In this document: one piece after another, positions 27,561 through 36,021 of the stretch | How positions within the stretch are numbered: the first letter of the stretch is position 1 | How the letters are laid out: each line of letters starts with the position of its first letter | Made by a program: the position numbers and the translations under genes | DNA from: an uncultured Solirubrobacterales bacterium | GTDB lineage: Bacteria > Actinomycetota > Thermoleophilia > Solirubrobacterales > Solirubrobacteraceae | DNA: 64,000 nt | Assembly (NCBI GenBank): GCA_963815725.1 | Contig: CAWFHW010000009.1 | Span: 103,256 to 167,255 of the forward strand | Direction of reading: 5' to 3' | The notes under the pieces: model-generated | The model's database searches: none | Seen by the model: only the letters and a program-made list of their open reading frames with translations | Told to the model about the DNA's origin: nothing

Positions 27561-28859
27561 CCGACGCCTACGCTTCGGCCCGCCCCCCGGGAGGGCCAGC
27601 CTCAGGATCGTGCGGTGCACGGTCCCGAGCTGCTTGCCCAGCGGACCGGTGTTGTAAGGAAGGTCGTACTTCTTGCACACCTCTCGGACCCTAGGAGCGA
27701 TCTCGGTGTACCTGCTGGAAGGCATGTCCGGGTACAGGTGATGCTCGACCTGGAACGACAGATTGCCGGCCATGAAGTGAAACAGCGGGCTGCCTTCGAT
27801 GTTCGCCGAGCCCAACATCTGCCTCACGAACCAGCCGCCCCGCGTCTCGTTCTCGACCTCGCGCTGGCTGAACGTGTACGTCTGGTCCGGAAAGTGCCCG
27901 CAGAAGATGATCCCGTGGGCCCAAACGTTGCGAACGATGTTGGCCGTGAAGTCGGCCGCCAGCGTTGCCTTGAAGGCCTGCTTTGCGGACTCCGAGAACG
28001 GGGCCGCGGCGCTTGACTTCGGCCGCGACGACGCAGTCCTCGACCGGCGCCAGCCGCGCTTGGCGCCCGCCGCCTGGGCCTTCGGCCGGTCCGCCGCCGT
28101 CAACGCCGCCGCCGCAGCGCCGGCCACAGCCGCCGACAGCGCCGGGAAGGCGATGTAGTCCTTGACGATTTGCTTCCTTGCCTTCGCGCCGATCGCCTTC
28201 AGCTCCGAGAACGCCTGCGCCTTCGACTTTTCACCCTTCCCGATCGCCTCGTAGTTGAGGTCATGCAGCGCGACACCCCACTCGAAGAAGCCCATCAGGA
28301 GCAGGTTGAACAAAGGCTGCAACAGATACACCGGATACCACTTCTGTTGCGGGTCGATCCGCATGATTTCGTAGCCGAGGTCCCTGTCCTTGCCCCTGAT
28401 GTTGGTGTAAGTGTGGTGCTCGTAGTTGTGCGAGTGCCGCCACGCCTCCGCCGGCGAGGCTGTGTCCCAATCCCAGGTCTTCGAGTTGATGTCAGGATCG
28501 TTCATCCAGTCCCATTGGCCGTGCATCACGTTGTGGCCGATCTCCATGTTCTCCAAGATCTTCGCCACCGACAGCGCAGCCGTCCCGACCAGCCAGACGC
28601 CCCTGTTGCGCGAGCCGGCGGTCAAGAGGGCCCTCGCGCCCACGACCAGGCGCCGCTGCAGCGCGATCGTCGACCTTATGTATTGCGCGTCGCGCTCTCC
28701 GAGGTCGGCCCGGACCTCGTCGCCGATCGCGTCAAGCTCTTTGGCGAGTTCGTCGAGCTGCTGTGTCGTCAGTCGCGCCAGCGGGCTGTCCGCCGCCGCC
28801 GGCTCCTGCTCGTCGGCGGCGGCCGAATAGGTCTCTGTCGGGGGTGTCGCTATCGCCAT
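27552..28859 (-). CDS. membrane acyl-CoA/fatty-acid desaturase (DesA3-like)
   Basis: Histidine boxes HNVMHGQWDW, HSHNYEHHTYTN and QVEHHLYPDMPS. Start set at ATG 28859, preceded by AAGGAG. Contains an A/S/R-rich insertion. Confidence 0.85.
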   Translation of the reverse strand: MAIATPPTETYSAAADEQEPAAADSPLARLTTQQLDELAKELDAIGDEVRADLGERDAQYIRSTIALQRRLVVGARALLTAGSRNRGVWLVGTAALSVAKILENMEIGHNVMHGQWDWMNDPDINSKTWDWDTASPAEAWRHSHNYEHHTYTNIRGKDRDLGYEIMRIDPQQKWYPVYLLQPLFNLLLMGFFEWGVALHDLNYEAIGKGEKSKAQAFSELKAIGAKARKQIVKDYIAFPALSAAVAGAAAAALTAADRPKAQAAGAKRGWRRSRTASSRPKSSAAAPFSESAKQAFKATLAADFTANIVRNVWAHGIIFCGHFPDQTYTFSQREVENETRGGWFVRQMLGSANIEGSPLFHFMAGNLSFQVEHHLYPDMPSSRYTEIAPRVREVCKKYDLPYNTGPLGKQLGTVHRTILRLALPGGGPKRRRRSG

Positions 28860-28910
28860 CTCGACTCCTTCGCTTTCTCTCAATTGCTTTCCGCCGGCGG
28901 TCTTGCCAGC

Positions 28911-30011
28911 CTACAACTCGATCTCGACTGGGCCCTCGGGCGCGTTGATGCACGTCTGGACCAGCTCTCCGCCCTGGCCGAACACCTCGCCGGTGCGCAG
29001 ATCCCGCACGCGCCCGGAGCGCAAACGCCCGACACAGGTGCGGCAGATCCCCATGCGGCAGCCGAACGGCAGCTCCGCGCCCGCCGACTCGCCCGCCACC
29101 AGCATCGGCTCTCGGCCGTCGCTGACCGCCTCCACCCCGCTCTCACAGAACCTGATCGTTCCGCCCGCGCCGAGCGCGCTCTCGTCGGCCAAACCACCCG
29201 GGCCGAAGCGCTCGACGTGCAATCGCTCTGGGATGCCCTCCCCAAGCCAGTGCTCCTCGAACGCCTCCAACAGGCCGGTCGGCCCGCACAGGAACGTCTC
29301 ACGCTCACGCCAGTCCGGGCACAGCCCGTCCAGGTCATGCGCCACCAAGCGGCCGCGCTCGCCGCTGATCCACGCGTGCAGCCCATATCCGGCGTTACGC
29401 CCCGCCAGCCCCCTCAGCTCGTCGGCGAACGCGATCTGACCCGGCTCGCGCGAGCTGTGCACGTGGACCACGTCGTCCAACGTCCCGTGGCCGGCCAGCT
29501 CCCTGACCATGCTCACGATCGGCGTGATCCCGGAGCCGGCGCTCACGAACAGCAGCCGTTCCGGCAGTTGCTCAGGCAGCGTGAACGTGCCTTCGACACC
29601 GCCCAAACGCACGATCGCGCCGGGCGTCAGGCGCTCGCACAGGAACGGCGAGACCCGGCCATCGGGCACGAGCTTGGGCGTGATCGAGATGCAGCCGTCG
29701 GGCCTGGCGGACTCGGATGTCAACGAGTAGGCGCGCCAGTGATGCCTGCCGTCGACCGAGACGCCGAGCCTCAGATACTGCCCCGGCCGATGCCCGGGCC
29801 ATTCCCAGCCCGGCTTGATCAGGATGGTCACGGCGTCCGTGCTCGCGGGCGTGACGCTGAGGACGCGCCCCTTCAGTTCGCGCGTCGACCACAGCGGGTC
29901 GACCAGCTCCAGGTAGTCGTCCGGCGCCAACGGCGACGTAAACGACCGCACCAGTCTCAAGGCCCGCCTGCGCAGGGCCGGGACCTGTGGCACAGCGCCG
30001 CGTTCAGCCAT
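28911..30011 (-). CDS. ferredoxin-NAD(P) reductase-type oxidoreductase with C-terminal 2Fe-2S domain (desaturase partner, Rv3230c-like)
   Basis: FAD/NAD-binding-like RAYSLTS and LLFVSAGSGITPI, plus C-terminal CRMGICRTCVG. Immediately upstream of the desaturase on the same strand. Confidence 0.8.
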   Translation of the reverse strand: MAERGAVPQVPALRRRALRLVRSFTSPLAPDDYLELVDPLWSTRELKGRVLSVTPASTDAVTILIKPGWEWPGHRPGQYLRLGVSVDGRHHWRAYSLTSESARPDGCISITPKLVPDGRVSPFLCERLTPGAIVRLGGVEGTFTLPEQLPERLLFVSAGSGITPIVSMVRELAGHGTLDDVVHVHSSREPGQIAFADELRGLAGRNAGYGLHAWISGERGRLVAHDLDGLCPDWRERETFLCGPTGLLEAFEEHWLGEGIPERLHVERFGPGGLADESALGAGGTIRFCESGVEAVSDGREPMLVAGESAGAELPFGCRMGICRTCVGRLRSGRVRDLRTGEVFGQGGELVQTCINAPEGPVEIEL

Positions 30012-30089
30012 TGATGAGCCCGAAAATCATTACGCAAAGCTATGCTACCTCATTCGAGGGAACATTGAACGTAGTAACATAAGTTTTTT

Positions 30090-30839
30090 ATGGCACAAGC
30101 CGAGAGCGAGACATATGACCTGACGATCGAGCAGCTGGCCGCCGAGGTCGGCATGTCGGTCCGCAACATCAGAAACCACCACACCAGGGGTCTGCTGCCG
30201 CCGCCGGAGGTCAGGGCTCGGGTCGGCTACTACAACTCAGATCACGTCGCCAGGCTCAAGCTGATCCTCGACCTGCAGGCCGACGGCTTCAACCTGGCCG
30301 CGATCGAGCGCCTGCTGAGCGGCTCCGATCGCCTGGCCGAGCGTCTGCTCGGACTGCGCCAGGCGGTGACGACCCCGTTCGAGCCAGAGACGCCCGAGGC
30401 GATCACCACCGATGAACTGGCCGAGCGCTTCCCTGGCGCGACGGGCAAGGACGCGGCGCGCATCCGCAAGCTCGGCCTGCTGGTGGCACTCGGCGACGAC
30501 CGCTTCGAAATCCCCAGCCCGGCGCTTTTGCGCGACGCCGAAGAGGTCGTCGCGCTCGGCATCCCTCTGCCGGCGGCGCTCGCGCTCGTGGAGCGCGTCA
30601 GCCGCGACTGCGAATCGATCTCGAGAGCCTTCACGAAGCTGTTCCTACGCGAGCTGTGGGAGCCCTTCGAGAAGGCCGGCCGGCCCGACGAGCGCTGGGA
30701 CGAGCTGATCGAGGCGGTCGGCTCGCTGCGGGGCCTGGCCTCCGAGGCCCTGCTGGCGCTCTTCAAGCAGCGCATGACGGCAGAGCTTGAGACCGCCTTC
30801 GGCAAGGTCATCGAGCACCAGGCCAAGCGCTCGAAGTAG
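30090..30839 (+). CDS. MerR-family transcriptional regulator
   Basis: N-terminal HTH LTIEQLAAEVGMSVRNIRNHHTRGLLPPP. Divergent from the reductase/desaturase pair across an AT-rich 78-bp gap. Confidence 0.8.
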   Translation: MAQAESETYDLTIEQLAAEVGMSVRNIRNHHTRGLLPPPEVRARVGYYNSDHVARLKLILDLQADGFNLAAIERLLSGSDRLAERLLGLRQAVTTPFEPETPEAITTDELAERFPGATGKDAARIRKLGLLVALGDDRFEIPSPALLRDAEEVVALGIPLPAALALVERVSRDCESISRAFTKLFLRELWEPFEKAGRPDERWDELIEAVGSLRGLASEALLALFKQRMTAELETAFGKVIEHQAKRSK

Positions 30840-30842
30840 ACC

Positions 30843-31772
30843 TCACGCTCCGGCCGGCAAACCGCCCAACTCGAAGCGCACGCCGGTCAGCTCTTCCGAG
30901 ACCTCCCACAGCCGCGCCGCCACGCCCTGGTCGCGGGCTGCCCGGTTGGGCGTGACGACGTGGGGATGGCCGCGCAGCTCGAAAAGGCCGTCGGGACCGA
31001 CGAACTCGCCTCCTTTGAGGCCCGGATAAGTGGCGGCGTAGAGCGTCGCCAGGGCGCCCGCGTCGGCGCTCTGGGCGGCGATCGCGTTCGTGACCTTCAT
31101 GACCGCCCGGTCGATCAGCGGCGGCGCGGCGCTCTGCAGGTTGGTCGCCGAGTAGCCGGGGTGAGCGGCGATGCTCTTGACGGTCGAGCCAGCCGCGCGC
31201 AGGCGCCGGTCCAGCTCGAGCGCGGTCATCAGGTCGGCGAGCTTGGACTGGCCGTAAGCGCGCCAGCGCGAGTAGCGGCGCTCAGATTGGAGGTCGTCGA
31301 ATTTGATCTTGCCGGTGCGATGGGCGATGCTCGAAAGCGCGATGACCCTCGCGTCCGGGCGCCCCTCCATAGCGCCGATCAGGTGGCCGGTCAAAGCGAA
31401 GTGGCCGAGGTGGTTGGTGCCGAGCTGAAGCTCGAATCCGTCAGCGGTTTCTCCCCGCGGCGGCGCCATCAGGCCGGCGTTGTTGATCAACAGGTCCAGG
31501 CCGTCGTGTCCGGCCAGGTAGCCGCCAGCGAAGTCCTTGACGGACGTCAGGCTCGAGAGGTCGAGGCTCGCCAGCTCCACGCGCGCGTCCGGCGCTACCG
31601 CCTCGATCTCCGACACCGCCGCCTCGCCCTTGGCGACGTTGCGGCAGGCAAGCACGACATGGGCGCCGTGCCTGGCCAGCTCGCGCGCGGCCACCAGTCC
31701 GAGTCCGCTGTTGGCGCCCGTCACGATCGCAGTGCGGCCGCTCTGGTCCGGAATCTGCTCGCTGGTCCACAT
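30843..31772 (-). CDS. short-chain dehydrogenase/reductase (SDR)
   Basis: [20 protein letters not shown] (TGxxxGxG) and YGQSKLA (YxxxK). Start moved to ATG 31772 ([10 protein letters not shown]). Confidence 0.85.
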   Translation of the reverse strand: MWTSEQIPDQSGRTAIVTGANSGLGLVAARELARHGAHVVLACRNVAKGEAAVSEIEAVAPDARVELASLDLSSLTSVKDFAGGYLAGHDGLDLLINNAGLMAPPRGETADGFELQLGTNHLGHFALTGHLIGAMEGRPDARVIALSSIAHRTGKIKFDDLQSERRYSRWRAYGQSKLADLMTALELDRRLRAAGSTVKSIAAHPGYSATNLQSAAPPLIDRAVMKVTNAIAAQSADAGALATLYAATYPGLKGGEFVGPDGLFELRGHPHVVTPNRAARDQGVAARLWEVSEELTGVRFELGGLPAGA

Positions 31773-31779
31773 GATCGGA

Positions 31780-33360
31780 TCAGAATATCCGGCTCGAAAG
31801 AGCCAGGCGCGCGGCCGCGTGGCCGGGCACACCGTGGACAGCCCCGCCCGGGAAGGTCGCGGCGCTGGCGATGTAACAGCCTCGCAGCGGCGTCCTGTAC
31901 GGCGCGAGCGAGCGGACCGGCCGGAACAGGACCTGGCTCAACGCGTAGCTGCCACCGCCGACGTCTCCGTTCACGAGGTTCGCGTTGCGGGTTTCCAAGT
32001 CGCGCGGCCCGAGTACGTGCCTGGCGAGGATCAGGTCTTTGAAGCCGGGGGCGTAGCGCTCGACGTGGGCCTCCATGCGCTCGACGTGCCTCTCGCTCCG
32101 CGCGCTCCAATCGAGGCCGGGCGGGCCATGCGTATAGGCCCAGGCGGTGTGCTTTCCCGCGGGCGCGCGCGACGGGTCGGCCAGAGACTGCTGGCCCAGC
32201 AACATGAAAGGCCGCTCCGGCAAGCCGTCTTTCATTGCCGAAGTCGTCGCCAAGACCTCGGACGCCGGACCGCCGAGGTGGACCGTGCCGGCTTCGCGGG
32301 CCTGCGACGCGCTCCACGGAATCGGCCCGGCCAAAGCCCAGTCGACCTTCAGGGTCGCGGGCCCGTACCTGTAGCGTCGCAGCGCTTTCGCGTAGCGGTC
32401 CGGCAGCGCGTCGCCCGCCAGCTTTGCCAATGAGTTCGGCATCACGTCGGCGATCACCAACGGCGCGCTCAGCCGCTCACCGCCCGCCGACGCGCTGGCG
32501 TTCTCGGCCCGCTCGCCGCCCGCCGGCCTGACACCGCCCGCGAGCCCGCCGCCGGCCAGCTCCACTCCAACGACACGCCCCCGCTCGGCGACGATCCGGA
32601 CCACGCGCGCCCCCGTCCTGACCTCGCCGCCGAGCGCGGCCAGGTAGGAGAGCAGAGCCGCAGCGAGCCTGCCGGCTCCCCCCTCTGGACTGGGCCAGCC
32701 GGCGCCATGGCCGAGGAGGGTCAGGTAGGCGGCTGCGATCGCGCTGCCGCGGCCGGATGGCGGCACGTCGGAGTGCATCGCCGACCCGTACAGCCACCCC
32801 CGGGGGCCTTCGCCGGCGAACAGCCGCTCGCCGAAGGTCTGGGCCGAAGAGAACAAGAGCTGGGTGAAGCGGGCCATCCCGGCAGGGCCGATCCCGAGGG
32901 TCAGGCGCGCGGGACCGCGCAACGGTGGAAACCCGCTCAGCATCGTCGAGCGCAGCGCGTCGAAGTGTGCGACGTACGGCGAAGCGAAGGCGCGCCAGCG
33001 CTCGCCGTCGCCGGGCGCGAGCGCCTCGAGGCTGGCGACCGTCTGATCGAGGCCCCGGTAGAGCGCTATCGCTGAGCCGTCCGGCAGCGGGTGGGCAAGG
33101 CAGGCGGGCGGGTGGATCCAGCGCAGGCCGTGGTCGGCCAACGGCATCTTGGCGAACACGGGCGAGGCGGCGCCGGCCGGGTAGACCGACGAGAAGGGGT
33201 CGTGCTTGAAGCCCGGCAGCGTCAACTCCTCGGTCGCGACGGCGCCCCCGGCGCGGCCTGAAGCCTCGAGCACGAGCACCCGCAAGCCGTGCTCGGCGAG
33301 GGTGATCGCCGCCGTCAGACCGTTCGGACCGGACCCGACAACGAGCGCGTCGTAGCTCAT
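31780..33360 (-). CDS. FAD-dependent oxidoreductase of the phytoene-desaturase (CrtI-like) family
   Basis: [33 protein letters not shown] dinucleotide-binding motif. Start moved to ATG 33360. Has an internal G/A-rich insertion. Confidence 0.8.
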   Translation of the reverse strand: MSYDALVVGSGPNGLTAAITLAEHGLRVLVLEASGRAGGAVATEELTLPGFKHDPFSSVYPAGAASPVFAKMPLADHGLRWIHPPACLAHPLPDGSAIALYRGLDQTVASLEALAPGDGERWRAFASPYVAHFDALRSTMLSGFPPLRGPARLTLGIGPAGMARFTQLLFSSAQTFGERLFAGEGPRGWLYGSAMHSDVPPSGRGSAIAAAYLTLLGHGAGWPSPEGGAGRLAAALLSYLAALGGEVRTGARVVRIVAERGRVVGVELAGGGLAGGVRPAGGERAENASASAGGERLSAPLVIADVMPNSLAKLAGDALPDRYAKALRRYRYGPATLKVDWALAGPIPWSASQAREAGTVHLGGPASEVLATTSAMKDGLPERPFMLLGQQSLADPSRAPAGKHTAWAYTHGPPGLDWSARSERHVERMEAHVERYAPGFKDLILARHVLGPRDLETRNANLVNGDVGGGSYALSQVLFRPVRSLAPYRTPLRGCYIASAATFPGGAVHGVPGHAAARLALSSRIF

Positions 33361-33438
33361 GGAGAGCGAGGATATTTGGACGGCGTTGCTTCTCACTGTT
33401 CCTGCACATATATTTTTTGAAAACTACAATCGCATATA

Positions 33439-33458
33439 CATTTTGTATATACAAAATG
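33439..33458. promoter_or_regulatory. perfect 20-bp palindrome CATTTTGTATATACAAAATG (candidate operator) in a very AT-rich divergent promoter gap
   Basis: Read directly, and coordinates cross-checked against the frame of track ORF 33417. A CATAAT -10-like hexamer at 33515-33520 lies 8 nt before the ATG at 33529. Confidence 0.6.
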
Positions 33459-33528
33459 CAATTCGGAAAATTATATATACACACGTCTGATCGTCAATGC
33501 GCACGCGCCGCTGGCATAATCTCCGGCA

Positions 33529-34533
33529 ATGAGGCACCGCGGCTCGATCACGTCGGTCTCGTGGATCCCGTCGGAGGCGATCGAGGGCTCCCAACGGCTC
33601 GCGTTCGACGCCGGCATGGCCCACTACGACAAGCCGCTGCCGGAGCGGATCGAGAACCTGGAGGCGCTGCGCGACGAAGACAGGTTCAGGTTCGCGAACG
33701 CGCTGAGTGCCTGGGTCGAGGTCGACGCAAGCGGCAAGATCACCGACTGCGGCTATGACGGCGGCGGGATGATGGGCGCGACCACCGTCAAGCTCGGCCC
33801 GGTCGCGCGGACGTTCGAGGCGATCGGCTTGCCCGACATCAAAAAGAAGCCGCGGCGGAACAGCAGAGAGGTGACGTTCGTGCAGACCGCCGGCGGGCGT
33901 ACGGGCGTGCCGGCGCCGAGACGGGTGCGGCGCAAGCCGTTCATCCAGTGGCAGGCGCCGCTGGTGTGGACGACGCTGTCGCTGACGATCAAAGCCGACG
34001 GCACCACGAGCGGCCAGATGATCGGCGCGAGCCGCTTTCCGAGACATTGGGTCTACGACGAGGAGCTGAAGCTGACGCACAAGTCGGGTTTGGCCGACTT
34101 CAAGGACTGGTACAGGAAGTCGTTCGGCAAGCACACGCCTTGGGGCGACACCGACTCGAAAGCTTTGGTGACGGCGGTGGAGAGCGCTTTGGAGCGCACG
34201 CTTTCGGCGCAGATCATGCAGGGCGGCCACAAGCCGGAGATCAGGAAGGTGCCCGCCGGCGCCGCGCTCGTACGCCAGGGCGAGCGGGGCTCGGAGGTGT
34301 TTCTGCTGCTCGACGGCGTCCTGCGCGTGGAGGAGGACGGCCGGCGTCTGGCTGAGTACGGGCCGGGAGCGCTGCTCGGCGAGCGAGCGCACCTGGAGGG
34401 AGGCATACGGACCTCGACGCTCGTGGCGGTCACGAACTGCCGTGTCGCGGCGGTGCACGCCGCCGAGCTTGACCGCGGCGACCTAGACGAGTTGGCCAAG
34501 GGCCACAGGCGCACGAAACCGGACCCGAGCTGA
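33529..34533 (+). CDS. unknown N-terminal domain (~215 aa) fused to a C-terminal cyclic-nucleotide-binding domain
   Basis: 334-aa ORF. C-terminal VPAGAALVRQGERGSEVFLLLDGVLRVEEDGR...GPGALLGERAHLEGGIRTSTLVAVT matches the cNMP-binding beta-roll and phosphate-binding cassette (GE...R[TS]xT). Confidence 0.75.
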   Translation: MRHRGSITSVSWIPSEAIEGSQRLAFDAGMAHYDKPLPERIENLEALRDEDRFRFANALSAWVEVDASGKITDCGYDGGGMMGATTVKLGPVARTFEAIGLPDIKKKPRRNSREVTFVQTAGGRTGVPAPRRVRRKPFIQWQAPLVWTTLSLTIKADGTTSGQMIGASRFPRHWVYDEELKLTHKSGLADFKDWYRKSFGKHTPWGDTDSKALVTAVESALERTLSAQIMQGGHKPEIRKVPAGAALVRQGERGSEVFLLLDGVLRVEEDGRRLAEYGPGALLGERAHLEGGIRTSTLVAVTNCRVAAVHAAELDRGDLDELAKGHRRTKPDPS

Positions 34534-34537
34534 GGCC

Positions 34538-35392
34538 TTGAGGATCCAGTTCTGCGGCGTGCGGGGGTCGCTGCCGGCGCCCGGCTCCGAGTTCGTGCGC
34601 TACGGCGGGCACACCTCCTGTTTGGCGCTCAGCCACGACGGCGACGCCGCGCCAAGGCTGCTGCTCGACGCGGGCACCGGCCTGACAGAGGCGAGCGCCC
34701 TCTTCGACGGGGCACCGTTCAGGGGCGCGATCGCACTCAGCCACCTGCACTGGGACCACACCTACGGGCTGCCGTTCTTCGCGGCTGGCGACCACCAGGA
34801 CGCGAAGGTGAAGGTGCTGGTGCCAGAGCAGGAAGACGGCAGGAGCGCGCTTGAAGCCCTGACCGGCCTGATGTCACCGCCGTACTTTCCGATCACGCCG
34901 AAGGAGCTGCGTGGCGAGTGGACGATCGAGACGGTTGCCGCGGGCGAGCACGAGATCGAGGGCTTCTGGGTATCGGCTTTAGAGGTCCCGCACAAGGGCG
35001 GGCGCACCTTCGGCTACCGGATCACCGACGGCGAGGCCACGCTGGCGTACATGCCCGACCACAGCCCGACCGCGCTCGGCCCTGGCCCAGACGGCTACGG
35101 CGAGTACCACCAGGCCGCGCTCGAGCTGGCGCGTGGCGCCGACCTGGTGGTGCACGACTCGCAGCTATTCGCGGACGAGCTGGCCTCCGAAGGCGAGTTC
35201 GGACACGCGCTCGGCGACTATGCGGTCGGCCTGGCGGCCCGCGCGGGCGCGCGCAGGGTTGCGCTCTTCCACCACAAGTTCACGCGCACCGACGATCAGC
35301 TGGACGCGCTCGCGCGGCGGCTCGGTGCGACCGCCGGCGACGGCGCGCCCGGGGTTACGATCGCCAAAGAGGGGGAAACGATCGAGCTGTAG
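34538..35392 (+). CDS. MBL-fold metallo-hydrolase
   Basis: HxHxDH motif in ALSHLHWDHTYGLPFF. Starts 5 nt after the stop of the cNMP-binding gene. Confidence 0.8.
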   Translation: MRIQFCGVRGSLPAPGSEFVRYGGHTSCLALSHDGDAAPRLLLDAGTGLTEASALFDGAPFRGAIALSHLHWDHTYGLPFFAAGDHQDAKVKVLVPEQEDGRSALEALTGLMSPPYFPITPKELRGEWTIETVAAGEHEIEGFWVSALEVPHKGGRTFGYRITDGEATLAYMPDHSPTALGPGPDGYGEYHQAALELARGADLVVHDSQLFADELASEGEFGHALGDYAVGLAARAGARRVALFHHKFTRTDDQLDALARRLGATAGDGAPGVTIAKEGETIEL

Positions 35393-35476
35393 TGTCAGGC
35401 GTGAGCGCACGCGCCAGGCCGATCGAACGGCCAGGAGCGGCCCACAAATCGAAGGCCTACCGAAAGGGGCAGTGAC

Positions 35477-35857
35477 ATGGGAGCGCCAGTTGTGCACTTC
35501 GAGATCATTGGCAAAGACGCCGGCAAGCTGCAGGAGTACTACGGGAGCCTGTTCGGCTGGGAGTTCGACGCGAACAACCCGATGAACTACGGCGTCGTCT
35601 CGCGCGAGCAGAACCTGACTCCTGAAGGCATCGGTATCGGCGGCGGCATCGGACCCGCGCCGGAGGGCTATGACGGTCATGTGACCTTCTACGTCGGCGT
35701 AGAGGATGTCGAGGCGGCGCTGAGCAAGGCCGAGAGCCTCGGCGGCACGCGCGTGATGGGCCCGGAGACGATCATGGGCTCGATGATCTTGGGCATGTTC
35801 AACGATCCTGAGGGCCACATGATCGGGCTGTTCTCGCAGGTCTCAGACGGCAGCTGA
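35477..35857 (+). CDS. VOC / glyoxalase-family protein
   Basis: 126-aa ORF, VVHFEIIGKDAGKLQEYYGSLFGWEF...MFNDPEGHMIGLF. Confidence 0.8.
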   Translation: MGAPVVHFEIIGKDAGKLQEYYGSLFGWEFDANNPMNYGVVSREQNLTPEGIGIGGGIGPAPEGYDGHVTFYVGVEDVEAALSKAESLGGTRVMGPETIMGSMILGMFNDPEGHMIGLFSQVSDGS

Positions 35858-36021
35858 GAGCCACCCAATCGGCCTGTTCTCGCAGGCGCCGGAGCGGAGT
35901 TGAGGGCCGCATGGCGCGGACCTGAGCCGTAGAGGGGCCTGCGACAAACGGTCATCGAAGTAACCCGGATCTCGGCCAGGCGTCCAAATCGGAAAGCCCG
36001 TGAGCACGGGAGAATCCGAGG

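Noticed and set aside
28170-30014. 614-aa plus-strand ORF
   Set aside because: It is antisense to the desaturase and its reductase, both of which have unmistakable His-box and 2Fe-2S motifs.
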